From positions 1-64,000 of IMG/VR virus record IMGVR_UViG_3300049192_000016: DNA of 64,000 bases; one strand, written 5' to 3'. The notes beneath the pieces are model-generated. The model had not been told where the DNA came from and did not search any database. It saw only the letters and a program-made list of their open reading frames with translations. Within the stretch, counting starts at the first letter, position 1; each line of letters starts with the position of its first letter. This document shows, in pieces, positions 49,877 to 58,287 of the stretch. The DNA is from a virus (taxonomy: Duplodnaviria > Caudoviricetes). The position numbers were made by a program, and so were the translations under genes.

Positions 49877-50425
49877 TCATTTATATTCCCCTCCAAGTTC
49901 ATAGAACCTACGTAAGAATTCTTTCTTACTCTTTTCTGCACTCCACGGCACAATAATAAACTGAGCAGCCTCTACATTCTTCCCATTATAAATAAGTCCT
50001 TGTGGACACAATGGCTGAAGGTATTTTCGCTCTGCTACAAAAACAGCATTGTCTGCGTCTTTTATCATTGATTCCATTGGGAATGGTAATCCATATTTCT
50101 CAAAGATTGCTTTCTCCACTTTGTACTCAATCTTCCGATAATCTGGAAGAAGTTGTTTGAGTGGTTTTGCAATATCGTTCAAGAAAGCCTCTGACACGTC
50201 ATGCATAAGTCCAACAAGCTGAATATCTTTTGGATAACCTTGTTGTTCAAGATAGACGGACACGTACCAAGAATGTTGTGCAACATTGTAGGCCACTTCA
50301 GAGCTACCTGTAAAACGGTTAATATGTGAAAGGTTATGTGCAACGTCTTCTATGGAGTACACAGAGGTTTCAGGAGCTTCAAAGTTGAAGAAGCCTCCGT
50401 TGTATAGGTGGATGTAATTATTCAA
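49877..50425 (-). CDS. HD-domain 5'-deoxynucleotidase (YfbR/YfdR-like)
   Basis: SHINRFTG...NVAQHS...LMHDVSEAFLNDIAKPLK...IKDAD. Confidence 0.88.
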   Translation of the reverse strand: MNNYIHLYNGGFFNFEAPETSVYSIEDVAHNLSHINRFTGSSEVAYNVAQHSWYVSVYLEQQGYPKDIQLVGLMHDVSEAFLNDIAKPLKQLLPDYRKIEYKVEKAIFEKYGLPFPMESMIKDADNAVFVAERKYLQPLCPQGLIYNGKNVEAAQFIIVPWSAEKSKKEFLRRFYELGGEYK

Positions 50426-50973
50426 GCTTGTTGCTCCTTAATTTTCTTCATAACATCTTCCAAACTGAGTGGTGTGTAATTAATTTGCTCTACACTCACA
50501 CAGAAGTAACGACTGTCGATTTCTTCCCATACGGTTGATCCGTTCCAATGTGTTAGCTTCACCCTTTGACTATGCAAATGGCCGTGGATATTCCCTTTCC
50601 ATCTCTCATGCACACTCATTGGATGCAGAGGGATATGCGACAAAATATAATCATTCAGTTTATGACTGCCACGAATGTCTTTGAAATATTTTAGATATTC
50701 TTCTGCACGGAAAACGTCATGATTACCTTTAATCAACACTTTCTCTCCGTTCAATCTTTCCAGAATTGGCAGTGCAGAGCGATTAATAACAACATCCCCT
50801 AAATGATAAACCTTGTCTTTTGGACGTACAACACTATTCCAGTTCTTTACAAGAGCTTCATCCATGTCTTCAACATTATCCCATGGACGTTCTTTCGTAA
50901 CTCCGTCTTTACGGAGAAATTGAGTAATTCCGCGATGACTGAAATGTGTGTCACTGATTAAAAACGTATTCAT
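50422..50973 (-). CDS. Calcineurin-like metallophosphoesterase
   Basis: ISDTHFSH, YHLGDV, KGNHD, LSHIP, IHGHLH. Confidence 0.92.
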   Translation of the reverse strand: MNTFLISDTHFSHRGITQFLRKDGVTKERPWDNVEDMDEALVKNWNSVVRPKDKVYHLGDVVINRSALPILERLNGEKVLIKGNHDVFRAEEYLKYFKDIRGSHKLNDYILSHIPLHPMSVHERWKGNIHGHLHSQRVKLTHWNGSTVWEEIDSRYFCVSVEQINYTPLSLEDVMKKIKEQQA

Positions 50974-51214
50974 TCATCCTCCAATTCAATTTCCCCAATA
51001 AACATTTGATAACGTTTATTGTTTGTGTTGTATTCTTTACACACTTGTTCAGCTTTGCTCCGTGTGACATAGGCTTTCACAGGTTGGTCATATCCATAGC
51101 ATTTCTCTTCCATTACGAGATAAATTTTCTTAGGAATTGTTCTCATTTGTTCCTCCTTGTTCATAACAAATACATAGTATCATTCTGTTTGAGATGTTGC
51201 AAGCGTTTTGTGCA

Positions 51215-51240
51215 AAATAAAAGCCGCTCTAAGGCGGCCC
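51215..51240 (-). terminator. Intrinsic terminator
   Basis: GCCGC-CTTAGA-GCGGC-TTTT on minus strand. Confidence 0.75.
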
Positions 51241-51243
51241 ATG

Positions 51244-51876
51244 TTAGTCGTTCAATCCTGCTTTTTCTGTAGAGTCATCTTCAGACTCTTCCTTTTCGTC
51301 TTGTCGCAGCATATTACGAAGTTTCAAACGTTCCATGCATTCTTCCGGGGTAAGCCAGATTTCCAGTCCGTTGTACAGACGTTCAAACTCTTGTGCAGTG
51401 AGAAAATCTTTGTACAAATCATTCATCATAGCCTTCAAAGTTTTCATGAAGTGATTTGTAGACGCTTCCATGTTACCAGAATGCCCGCCGTAGAGCCAGC
51501 TTGCAGCGTGAAGCATCACACTTACATAGCGAGAGAACGTTACAACATGGGCCTTCATAAGAATGAACGTCGCAGCAGAAGCAATGTCACTATCTACGTG
51601 TACATGAATAATAGCTTCTGTGTTGTCCATGGCAGACAAGAGAGGAAGAATTGCTTCTACACTACCTCCACCAGATGCAAGGCGAATTACAACAATATCA
51701 TCTGGCCCTGCTTGCTCCAGAATGTCTACAAGTTGTGCAAACTGCTCTACGTGACGAAACTCTTTAGAAATCGTTACACGATGTACGAAAGTTTCAGGAG
51801 TAGAAAACACCTCGAAAATGTCATCATTTTGTTCAAACAGTTTAGCGATATCGTTGTTTGATTGTTTGTGTTTCAT
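51244..51876 (-). CDS. ClpP-like protease subunit
   Basis: IRLASGGGSV, IASAATFILM, VMLHAAS, EIWLTPEE. Confidence 0.85.
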   Translation of the reverse strand: MKHKQSNNDIAKLFEQNDDIFEVFSTPETFVHRVTISKEFRHVEQFAQLVDILEQAGPDDIVVIRLASGGGSVEAILPLLSAMDNTEAIIHVHVDSDIASAATFILMKAHVVTFSRYVSVMLHAASWLYGGHSGNMEASTNHFMKTLKAMMNDLYKDFLTAQEFERLYNGLEIWLTPEECMERLKLRNMLRQDEKEESEDDSTEKAGLND

Positions 51877-51885
51877 TGTTGCTCC

Positions 51886-52668
51886 TTAGTTATGATGATA
51901 CATCTTGACAAACGCACGGCACAAACCAGACCTGACAACATCGTGCATCGTATAGTTTACAACACCAGTGTTAAATTCCAGTTCATTCAAATCTTCTTCT
52001 GTCATGTATGCTGGCCGGTCTTCTACAGTTTTGTTGATTAAATTTACTGTGTGTAGTAAACCGCTATCCGCTTTCAAATCTGTCTGTTTTTGGTCGCCTG
52101 TCAGTATTAGTTGGCAGTTATCACCAAGACGGGAAAGTAACATTTCAAATTCGTCTGAAGTCATGTTCTGCACTTCTTCTGCAATGACAACAGCATTATC
52201 AATAGACAACCCACGCATGTGTTCTAGGCTTTGCATATAGATAGTACCCTTTTCAAGTGCATAATGACAGAAACCTTTCCCCATGAAAGTAGACAAATGA
52301 GCAAGAGTTTGTGTGAAGAACACAGAAAGTTTCATGTTCAAATCTCCGGGAAGCATTCCCAGAGATTTACCAGTAGAAACGTTAGGACGTACAAGCACAA
52401 TACGTTCAATTTGTTTCTTTCGTAATTGCTCTGCCGCATGATGGGCAGCAAGGAAAGATTTCCCACTACCGGCAGCACCAATTGCCCAAATCACTTTCCT
52501 ACCTTCGTTTTGGTATTTCAGTTGCAAAGCTTGGTTTTTCGTTTGTGCTACAAGTTTCTGTGCTGCTGTTTGTTTTGGTTCTTCTGTTACAAACTTTTCT
52601 TTGTGATGAACAGTCTTATCCTGCTCAATTTTGTCTTTACGTGTAAAACGGTGCGCACCTTTACTCAC
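51886..52668 (-). CDS. phoH: PhoH-family ATPase
   Basis: GAAGSGKS, LGMLPGDL, MRGLSIDNAVVIAEEVQN, GDQKQTDL, DVVRSGL. Confidence 0.95.
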   Translation of the reverse strand: MSKGAHRFTRKDKIEQDKTVHHKEKFVTEEPKQTAAQKLVAQTKNQALQLKYQNEGRKVIWAIGAAGSGKSFLAAHHAAEQLRKKQIERIVLVRPNVSTGKSLGMLPGDLNMKLSVFFTQTLAHLSTFMGKGFCHYALEKGTIYMQSLEHMRGLSIDNAVVIAEEVQNMTSDEFEMLLSRLGDNCQLILTGDQKQTDLKADSGLLHTVNLINKTVEDRPAYMTEEDLNELEFNTGVVNYTMHDVVRSGLCRAFVKMYHHN

Positions 52669-52687
52669 GTATTACCTCCAATTCTTA

Positions 52688-53196
52688 TTAATTAGGCTCC
52701 AGCCAAGTGACAAACTGAGGAGCAACATCCAATGTTTCAAATGCTCCAGCAATCGTCAACATGAAACGTCCATCAGTTGTCTTGTAGAAGTGTTGAATGT
52801 GCCAAAAGTCATTTTCGTACTCTACAACAGTTCCTTGACGCATCTTGTACATTTCTACATCTACGTTTTCGAACCAGATTTTCATTTTGCTTTAGGCTTT
52901 GGGCCACGTTTTACCACTTCAGTTTTACCGAAAACGTCACCTTGTGGTTGTACAGGAGTTACAGGAATTTCTTTATGTAGTTGATCTTCATTCAAATCAG
53001 CCATCAAGGACTCTACAGTGTCATGAGTCACAAACTCTTGCTCCATCACAATCTCGTACAAACCAGCAATATAGATGGGTTCACGTACTTGAGACACACG
53101 ATAACCCTGTTTAATTAGTTTTTCCATCTCGTACAATGCAACAGGGAACGATGGTTCTACAATAGTGATTTCTTCAATTTTATTCGTCATTTTCAA
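52688..53196 (-). CDS. Two hypothetical genes
   Basis: ORFs 52688-52885, 52882-53196. Confidence 0.65.
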
Positions 53197-53328
53197 CTTC
53201 CTCCATAAAAGGCTTCAAAATAGAAACATCAATAGTTTCCGGCTCATCTTCCGCACACTCGTAAGAATGCACAAAATCTTCAATATCTAGATAACTCAAA
53301 TTTCCTCCTGTTTGTTCTTGCAAGATGC

Positions 53329-53407
53329 ACATTAGCACATACAACACTTTTTGTCAAGAAATGTGTAGGCGAGAGAAGTTGACAATTGTTGATTGTTAGT
53401 ATAAAAT
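53329..53407. promoter_or_regulatory. Divergent sigma70 promoter pair at strand switch
   Basis: Minus TTGACA-N17-TAATGT (53329-53357); plus TTGACA-N17-TAAAAT (53379-53407). Confidence 0.75.
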
Positions 53408-53435
53408 CAAGTTATTTTGTCTAAAGGAGACAAAC

Positions 53436-54509
53436 ATGCCTACAATTCCAGATGTAGTTGTTCCAAAAGCAACTTGGGTCAATCTCTATACACTAACTTC
53501 TATAACGGTAGGTACACATATAAGAATTACGAATAAAGGTAGTGACGCTGTTACCATTGCAACCTCTTCTACACAACCTACAGTTGTACAGCTAGGCGAC
53601 ATGCTAGACGTAGGTGTGAATCAGTCTATGGACATTGCAGCTTCTACAATATCTGCTTGGGCATATTCTAGTAATGGTACAACACTATCTGTACAATCTG
53701 CAACAAGAGATAAGCAGAGAAATGGTGCTACAATGACAACTTCTGCCCATTCTCATGGAATGCCTTTTGATCATGCTGTTTCGTTAGGACTGATAACAGG
53801 AGTTCGAAGGGTTACGGCACTAGGGAATAACCCTGATATTGATACAACCACTCTTCCAGAGGACGTATGGCCAGTGGGCGGTATGTACCCTTGGCCTTCT
53901 AGTGCTACAACATTGAATATTTTGTGCAGCAATGTGAACGATACGTCTACTGGTACAGGAGCAAGAACTATTACAATTGCAGGGTTGGATGCTAATTATG
54001 CAGAGGTTACGGAAGTTGTAACTCTTGCTACAAATCCTTCTACAACGACTACAATTAATTCATTCTTACGTGTTAACAGCACGAGTATAACAAGCACAGG
54101 AACAGGAAGAATCAATGCTGGAGATATTGATATTCGTAGAACAGGATTCTTGACAGAAATTCTTGCAAGAATTCCAGCAGGAAAGGGCACGCACAGGTCT
54201 TCAGGTTATACAGTACCCGCAGGTCACACTTTGTGTGTGACAAGTATTTTCATTGGTATCAATCGACCCACTGTAAAGACAGATGCCAGCGTAGCTACCT
54301 ACTTCGGTTCTCCTAATGGATTTTACAGACTACCTCTTGAAATTTCCATGGCAGATAATCCTTACAGACATGAAGCAAATCCTCCTATTATGGTGTTAGA
54401 GAAGAACGATTTCATTCTTCAAGGTTCTTATGTGAGTGAAAGTAATGCAAATATTACAGCCGCTTGGAATGGATTATTGTATCAAACTTCAGTAGTGAAT
54501 GTTCCATAA
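53436..54509 (+). CDS. 357-aa Thr/Ser/Gly-rich beta-type protein, possibly virion-associated
   Basis: RBS AAAGGAG; composition typical of structural/decoration proteins. Confidence 0.7.
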   Translation: MPTIPDVVVPKATWVNLYTLTSITVGTHIRITNKGSDAVTIATSSTQPTVVQLGDMLDVGVNQSMDIAASTISAWAYSSNGTTLSVQSATRDKQRNGATMTTSAHSHGMPFDHAVSLGLITGVRRVTALGNNPDIDTTTLPEDVWPVGGMYPWPSSATTLNILCSNVNDTSTGTGARTITIAGLDANYAEVTEVVTLATNPSTTTTINSFLRVNSTSITSTGTGRINAGDIDIRRTGFLTEILARIPAGKGTHRSSGYTVPAGHTLCVTSIFIGINRPTVKTDASVATYFGSPNGFYRLPLEISMADNPYRHEANPPIMVLEKNDFILQGSYVSESNANITAAWNGLLYQTSVVNVP

Positions 54510-54510
54510 C

Positions 54511-54539
54511 TTGACAACTGATGAACAATATGATAATAT
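54511..54539 (+). promoter_or_regulatory. Sigma70-type promoter
   Basis: TTGACA-N17-TAATAT. Confidence 0.75.
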
Positions 54540-54560
54540 CCTCCATTATTAGGAGGAAAC

Positions 54561-55010
54561 ATGGAAGAACAGACAAATTCTTCTGTTACCATTGTAGAGG
54601 GTGACGAGGAAAAACGCAAGGCAGGAAGACCTGTAGGAACATATAAAAAGCCAGTAGATAGAGGGAGCTTCCTCAAACAAAATGGTCATGAGTTTGATAA
54701 AGTTATCAAAAAGTCAGCCAAACACATTGAAGATGTGATGGAGGCTCTTGCTAAAATAGCAACAGATGAGAACGCTTCTAACAGTGAACGCACAAATGCT
54801 GGTAAGATTTTCATGGAAAACATGTCCCGCATGGTAGAACAACGCAACAAAGATGATGTGACAAGGAAAATTGCAGAAATTCGTGTACGGGGGAATATAG
54901 GGGCAGGAAGCACGGCAGAAGAGGATGATAGTGAGGGCGCAATTATTGATTTTGACACAATTAATCCTGAATTTGCTAACAATGAACAGCAAGAAATACC
55001 AAATTCTTGA
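54561..55010 (+). CDS. Hypothetical protein, candidate terminase small subunit
   Basis: RKAGRPVG motif, helical core, position upstream of tRNAs and terL. Confidence 0.45.
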   Translation: MEEQTNSSVTIVEGDEEKRKAGRPVGTYKKPVDRGSFLKQNGHEFDKVIKKSAKHIEDVMEALAKIATDENASNSERTNAGKIFMENMSRMVEQRNKDDVTRKIAEIRVRGNIGAGSTAEEDDSEGAIIDFDTINPEFANNEQQEIPNS

Positions 55011-55035
55011 CAATTTCAAATTTGTGTGTTAAGAT
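55007..55035 (+). promoter_or_regulatory. Sigma70-type promoter for tRNA cluster
   Basis: TTGACA-N17-TAAGAT. Confidence 0.8.
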
Positions 55036-55138
55036 TATTTTGTCTGTTAATTCAGACATCTTTTCTGAGCGCTCTTGGCAGGAGTGTAGCACCTCCTCTG
55101 CACTTTTGTTGATTGAAGTGCTCTCAGATGAGATTTAT

Positions 55139-55230
55139 AGAAAGTTGGCTGAGAGGTTTAAGGCAGCAGGTTGCTAACCTGTCGGATTGTTTATGCAGTC
55201 CCATCCGTTCGAATCGGATACTTTCTGCTA
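55139..55230 (+). tRNA. tRNA-Ser(GCU)
   Basis: AGAAAGT/ACTTTCT acceptor, GCAGG-TTGCTAA-CCTGT, long variable arm, GTTCGAATC. Confidence 0.92.
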
Positions 55231-55237
55231 GAGTTAT

Positions 55238-55333
55238 GGAAATGCAAACCGATGGGCGACGGTGCCGGTCTTGAAAACCGTGTGAGTTGTAGCAATACAG
55301 CCTTGGGAGTTCGACTCTACCCCATTTCCGCCA
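55238..55333 (+). tRNA. tRNA-Ser(UGA)
   Basis: GGAAATG/CATTTCC, CGGT-CTTGAAA-ACCG, long variable arm, CCA. Confidence 0.9.
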
Positions 55334-55342
55334 AAATATGTG

Positions 55343-55371
55343 TTGACAATTGTTCGAAGTTGTTGTACATT
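55343..55371 (+). promoter_or_regulatory. Internal sigma70-type promoter in tRNA cluster
   Basis: TTGACA-N17-TACATT. Confidence 0.7.
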
Positions 55372-55380
55372 AGAGTTAAT

Positions 55381-55464
55381 GGGCTGGTGGCTAGTGGAAA
55401 TTTGGTACACCTAATGGTCTTAGAAACCATGCTTTTGAGAGTTCGAGTCTCTCCCGGCCTACCA
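55381..55464 (+). tRNA. tRNA-Leu(UAG)
   Basis: ATGGT-CTTAGAA-ACCAT, GTTCGAGTC, CCA. Confidence 0.9.
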
Positions 55465-55465
55465 T

Positions 55466-55558
55466 GGATTGAAGCCAAATATTGGTTTAAGTTGGCGCGG
55501 ACTGTAAATCCGTAGCGTGCTAGACACGGTGAAGGTTCGATTCCTTCTCAATCCACCA
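55466..55558 (+). tRNA. tRNA-Tyr(GUA)
   Basis: GGATTGA/TCAATCC, GCGGA-CTGTAAA-TCCGT, CCA. Confidence 0.93.
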
Positions 55559-55559
55559 T

Positions 55560-55638
55560 CTGAGTGTAATGTCAGTCAGGTCAGACGGCCCGCTTTGGAA
55601 GTGGGAGGTCGCTAGTTCGAATCTAGCCACTCAGACCA
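55560..55638 (+). tRNA. tRNA-Pro(UGG)
   Basis: CTGAGTG/CACTCAG, CCCGC-TTTGGAA-GTGGG, CCA. Confidence 0.93.
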
Positions 55639-55647
55639 GAATAAAAT

Positions 55648-55732
55648 GCAAGCGTGGTGGAATTGGTATACACAGCAGACTTAAGATCTGCCGCCTTCGG
55701 GATTGAGGGATCGTTGCCCTCCGCTTGTACCA
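55648..55732 (+). tRNA. tRNA-Leu(UAA)
   Basis: GCAAGCG/CGCTTGT, GCAGA-CTTAAGA-TCTGC, CCA; atypical T-loop ATCGTTG. Confidence 0.9.
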
Positions 55733-55741
55733 AGTTTCAAT

Positions 55742-55816
55742 GCTCTGTTAGTTTAACATGGTAAAATCTCCCCTTGTAAGGGAGCATAGGCGTTTCGAGC
55801 ACGTCACAGAGCACCA
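55742..55816 (+). tRNA. tRNA-Thr(UGU)
   Basis: GCTCTGT/ACAGAGC, CTCCC-CTTGTAA-GGGAG, CCA. Confidence 0.88.
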
Positions 55817-55825
55817 AGTTTCAAA

Positions 55826-55898
55826 TGCGGGGTAGTGTAAAGGTAGCACGAAAGTCTCATAAGCTTTCAGTCCAGTTCGACTCTGGCGACCGCATCCA
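55826..55898 (+). tRNA. tRNA with CAU anticodon (Met, fMet or Ile2 not resolved)
   Basis: AAAGT-CTCATAA-GCTTT, GTTCGACTC, CCA; mismatched acceptor stem. Confidence 0.82.
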
Positions 55899-55905
55899 AA
55901 TTTAT

Positions 55906-55980
55906 TGTAGAGTAGCACAGAGGTAGTGCAGTTGACTGTTAATCAATTGGTCGGTGGTTCGATCCCACCCTCTACAGCCA
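55906..55980 (+). tRNA. tRNA-Asn(GUU)
   Basis: TGTAGAG/CTCTACA, GTTGA-CTGTTAA-TCAAT, CCA. Confidence 0.95.
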
Positions 55981-55986
55981 TATAAA

Positions 55987-56059
55987 GCGGGATTGGTGTA
56001 AGTGGCAACACAGTATCTTTCCAAGTTACAGTAGTCAGTTCGATTTCTGACATTCCGCT
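55987..56059 (+). tRNA. tRNA-Gly(UCC), no encoded CCA
   Basis: GCGGGAT/ATTCCGC, loop TTTCCAA, GTTCGATT. Confidence 0.85.
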
Positions 56060-56063
56060 CTCT

Positions 56064-56430
56064 AATTCGCCTTCATGGCCCGTAGCACAGAAATTCAGGG
56101 ACGCCTGATAAAGCCTTCGGAGCACAACCCGCTGCTATTCAATTAATAACGATTGATGTGTACGGTTGTCACGGAGCACCATTTAAAGTCTTACAGGCTT
56201 CTTAGTTCAGCACTTACAGTGGTCTAAGAAATAACCCACGTAAGCAATTCTACAGAACATTCACCGCATCCTGTCTTCAGAGTAGGCTCTTGCCGTGAGT
56301 GTTCTACCTATCTGGTTGCAGCCGTCATTGCGCTGTCATCTGTAGTAGTTCATCACGGTAAGACAATCCCTAAAGAACTCAAAAGAGATTCTACACACGA
56401 ATCTACGAATTGTCGTATTCAAAATTCTAG
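56064..56430 (+). ncRNA. Candidate structured non-coding RNA (~370 nt)
   Basis: ORF-free, GC-richer, multiple helices read by eye (TCAGG/CCTGA, TTCTTAG/CTAAGAA, AGAACATTCAC/GTGAGTGTTCT, AGATTC/GAATCT, TACGA/TCGTA). Confidence 0.6.
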
Positions 56431-56438
56431 GAGGAACA

Positions 56439-56651
56439 ATGTCTAAAGAAGAAAAAGTTTATTACGAAGAAGCTGGTAAAGGAACGCATCGTCGTGTAGA
56501 AGATCGTGAAAAGATTGCCTCAAATTGGGACAAGATTGATTGGTCGAAGAAGACTGAAGACAAGCAGGAGGAAGTTTGTGCAACTTGTCTTGGTAAAGGT
56601 GGGATTTGGGATTGTGGTTGGTACTATGAGTGCACTACTTGTGGGAAGTAG
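56439..56651 (+). CDS. 70-aa protein with C-terminal zinc ribbon
   Basis: RBS AGGAGG; CATC...CTTC. Confidence 0.75.
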   Translation: MSKEEKVYYEEAGKGTHRRVEDREKIASNWDKIDWSKKTEDKQEEVCATCLGKGGIWDCGWYYECTTCGK

Positions 56652-56739
56652 TTTGTAGATTTATTTAGGTTGTGGAGAGGAAGCCATTTAAGGGCTTTGA
56701 GATAGTGGCATGGTTTGTGTGGCGTGCTATCAAGATTAC

Positions 56740-56812
56740 GCGGCGAACAGGGTAGCTCCCTTGGTAGAACCTTAACTTCTATCTAGCCGCATTTATTAAC
56801 TCGTTAAGGGAG
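56740..56812 (+). promoter_or_regulatory. Structured 5' leader with anti-Shine-Dalgarno sequence
   Basis: GCGGC...GCCGC enclosing AGGG-TAG-CTCCCT and TAGAA/TTCTA; CTCCCTT complementary to RBS AAGGGAG. Confidence 0.55.
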
Positions 56813-56816
56813 TGTT

Positions 56817-57950
56817 ATGCAGGGAAAAGAAGACTTAATAGTTGTTCCGGGAATGATTTTTGAAACTAATAATTATGGCAAGGTTGCAGTTATAGAATAT
56901 AACAGTGCCAATAATGTAATAGTAGAGTTTGAAAACGGGCATATTCAAAAGGTTCATAAAGTACAACTCAAAAATGGTAAACTAAGAAACCGAAGTCTTC
57001 CCGGACCATCTAATGCGTTGAAAAGTTCTGAAGAACAAATAAACAAACTTAAAGAAATTCACAATAACTTTTACGACTACTCTGAGTCTGAGTACACAAC
57101 GGCAAAAGATAAAATAAAAATTAAATGCCCTGTTCACGGCTTCTTCTGGCAAACCTATTCATGCCACGCATCCGGCAAAGGTTGCGAAAAATGCGCAAGG
57201 GAGCGAACTATACAAGGAATTAGAAATAGGAATGGCCATACTGTAGAATCTCTAATAGAGAAATTTAAAGAAATTCATGGTGACAAATATGAATATCCAA
57301 ATTTTGTAAGAATAGATAGTAAAGAGAAAATTGAAATTGTATGTAAGAAACACAATAAACCTTTCTATCAGGTCTACAAAGTTCATTTAAAAGGTCATGG
57401 TTGTCCTGATTGCGCTTTTGAAAGAATTGCTGAAAATCAAAGATACACGACTGAAGAGTTTATATTCCTTTGTCAAGAAAAATATGGAGATAAGTACGAT
57501 TATTCAAGACTTGAATACAAATCTTATCATGAACCTGTGGAGATAGGTTGCAGAGAATCCGGCCACGGATTTTTCAAAACTAGAGCTTCAAGTCATCACT
57601 ACCAGAATACAGGTTGCCCTGATTGCAATAAAGGCGGGTTCAATGCGAATAAACCAGCCACTTTATATGTATTCTACTCAGGAGATATGACCAAAGTAGG
57701 TATTACGAACAGGTCAGCAGCAGAAAGATGCCGAGAGTTAAATGTAGATGCAGGTCATTGTTTTGAGGTTGTTAGGCAACACAATTTTGAAAGTGGTTTT
57801 GTTTGTTCTAACATTGAAACAGAGCTTTTACGATATCTAAGAAAGCTGTATAAAAATCCTGAAATCAAGTTCAATGGTTCTTCTGAGTGTTTCTTTGATG
57901 TAGATAGAGAAGCTTTGAATAAGAAAATAGAGGAATTAACAAATGACTAA
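56817..57950 (+). CDS. Putative homing endonuclease: beta-rich module, three CxxH/CxxC zinc repeats, GIY-YIG-like (T5orf172-type) C-terminus
   Basis: GMIFETNNYGKVAVIEYNS; HGDKYEY...IVCKKH...HLKGHGCPDC repeats; ATLYVF...TKVGITNRSAAERCRELN. Confidence 0.8.
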   Translation: MQGKEDLIVVPGMIFETNNYGKVAVIEYNSANNVIVEFENGHIQKVHKVQLKNGKLRNRSLPGPSNALKSSEEQINKLKEIHNNFYDYSESEYTTAKDKIKIKCPVHGFFWQTYSCHASGKGCEKCARERTIQGIRNRNGHTVESLIEKFKEIHGDKYEYPNFVRIDSKEKIEIVCKKHNKPFYQVYKVHLKGHGCPDCAFERIAENQRYTTEEFIFLCQEKYGDKYDYSRLEYKSYHEPVEIGCRESGHGFFKTRASSHHYQNTGCPDCNKGGFNANKPATLYVFYSGDMTKVGITNRSAAERCRELNVDAGHCFEVVRQHNFESGFVCSNIETELLRYLRKLYKNPEIKFNGSSECFFDVDREALNKKIEELTND

Positions 57951-58047
57951 ACAAAAGAAAGAAAAGAAAGTATTTCAGCCTATCAGTGAAAAACAGAGGA
58001 TGTTTTTTAATGATAAAACAACTGATGTAATTTTTCTCGGTGGTGGT
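57943..58047 (+). CDS. terL: Terminase large subunit, exon 1 (35 aa)
   Basis: MTKQKKEKKVFQPISEKQRMFFNDKTTDVIFLGGG; joins AGGGKS to give Walker A GGGAGGGKS. Confidence 0.92.
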
Positions 58048-58287
58048 AGATAATCCGGTGCCTCCACGTTAAAAACAACTCTCTAACTCGGGGGAACTCT
58101 CAAGTAGACAATCCCGAACGAAGCCCTTATGGGTGTGTCTAACGACTAGCTGAAAAGCGTACACTCAAGTGAGTGGAAACGGGAGTCTTCTCTTAGGAGA
58201 AAGAAAATATAGTCTAATCTTTATAGCGATATAAAGCAGCTTAATTGCGGGCAAAGATTAACGACCTTTGTTGAATAGTGCCTCATG
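58048..58287 (+). mobile_element. Group I intron (240 nt, no internal ORF) in terL Walker A
   Basis: P AACTCGGGGGAA, Q AATCCCGAAC, R TCTAACGACTA, S AAAATATAGTCT; exon ends U, intron ends G; guide CCGGTGCCTCCAC pairs with both exons. Confidence 0.92.

Noticed and set aside
49877-50425. DatZ and a 2-aminoadenine (Z) genome
   Set aside because: No purZ in this window; the HD family alone is insufficient.
55731-55830. Repeated CAAGTTTCAA(A)TGC and possible CRISPR array
   Set aside because: Short tRNA spacers; no repeat-spacer array or cas genes.
56064-56430. tmRNA
   Set aside because: No tRNA-Ala-like 5' GGGG and 3' T-arm-CCA ends, no clear tag ORF.
58285-58287. ATG start of the 472-aa terL ORF
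   Set aside because: It is the last three bases of the intron; starting here would truncate Walker A and omit the upstream exon.
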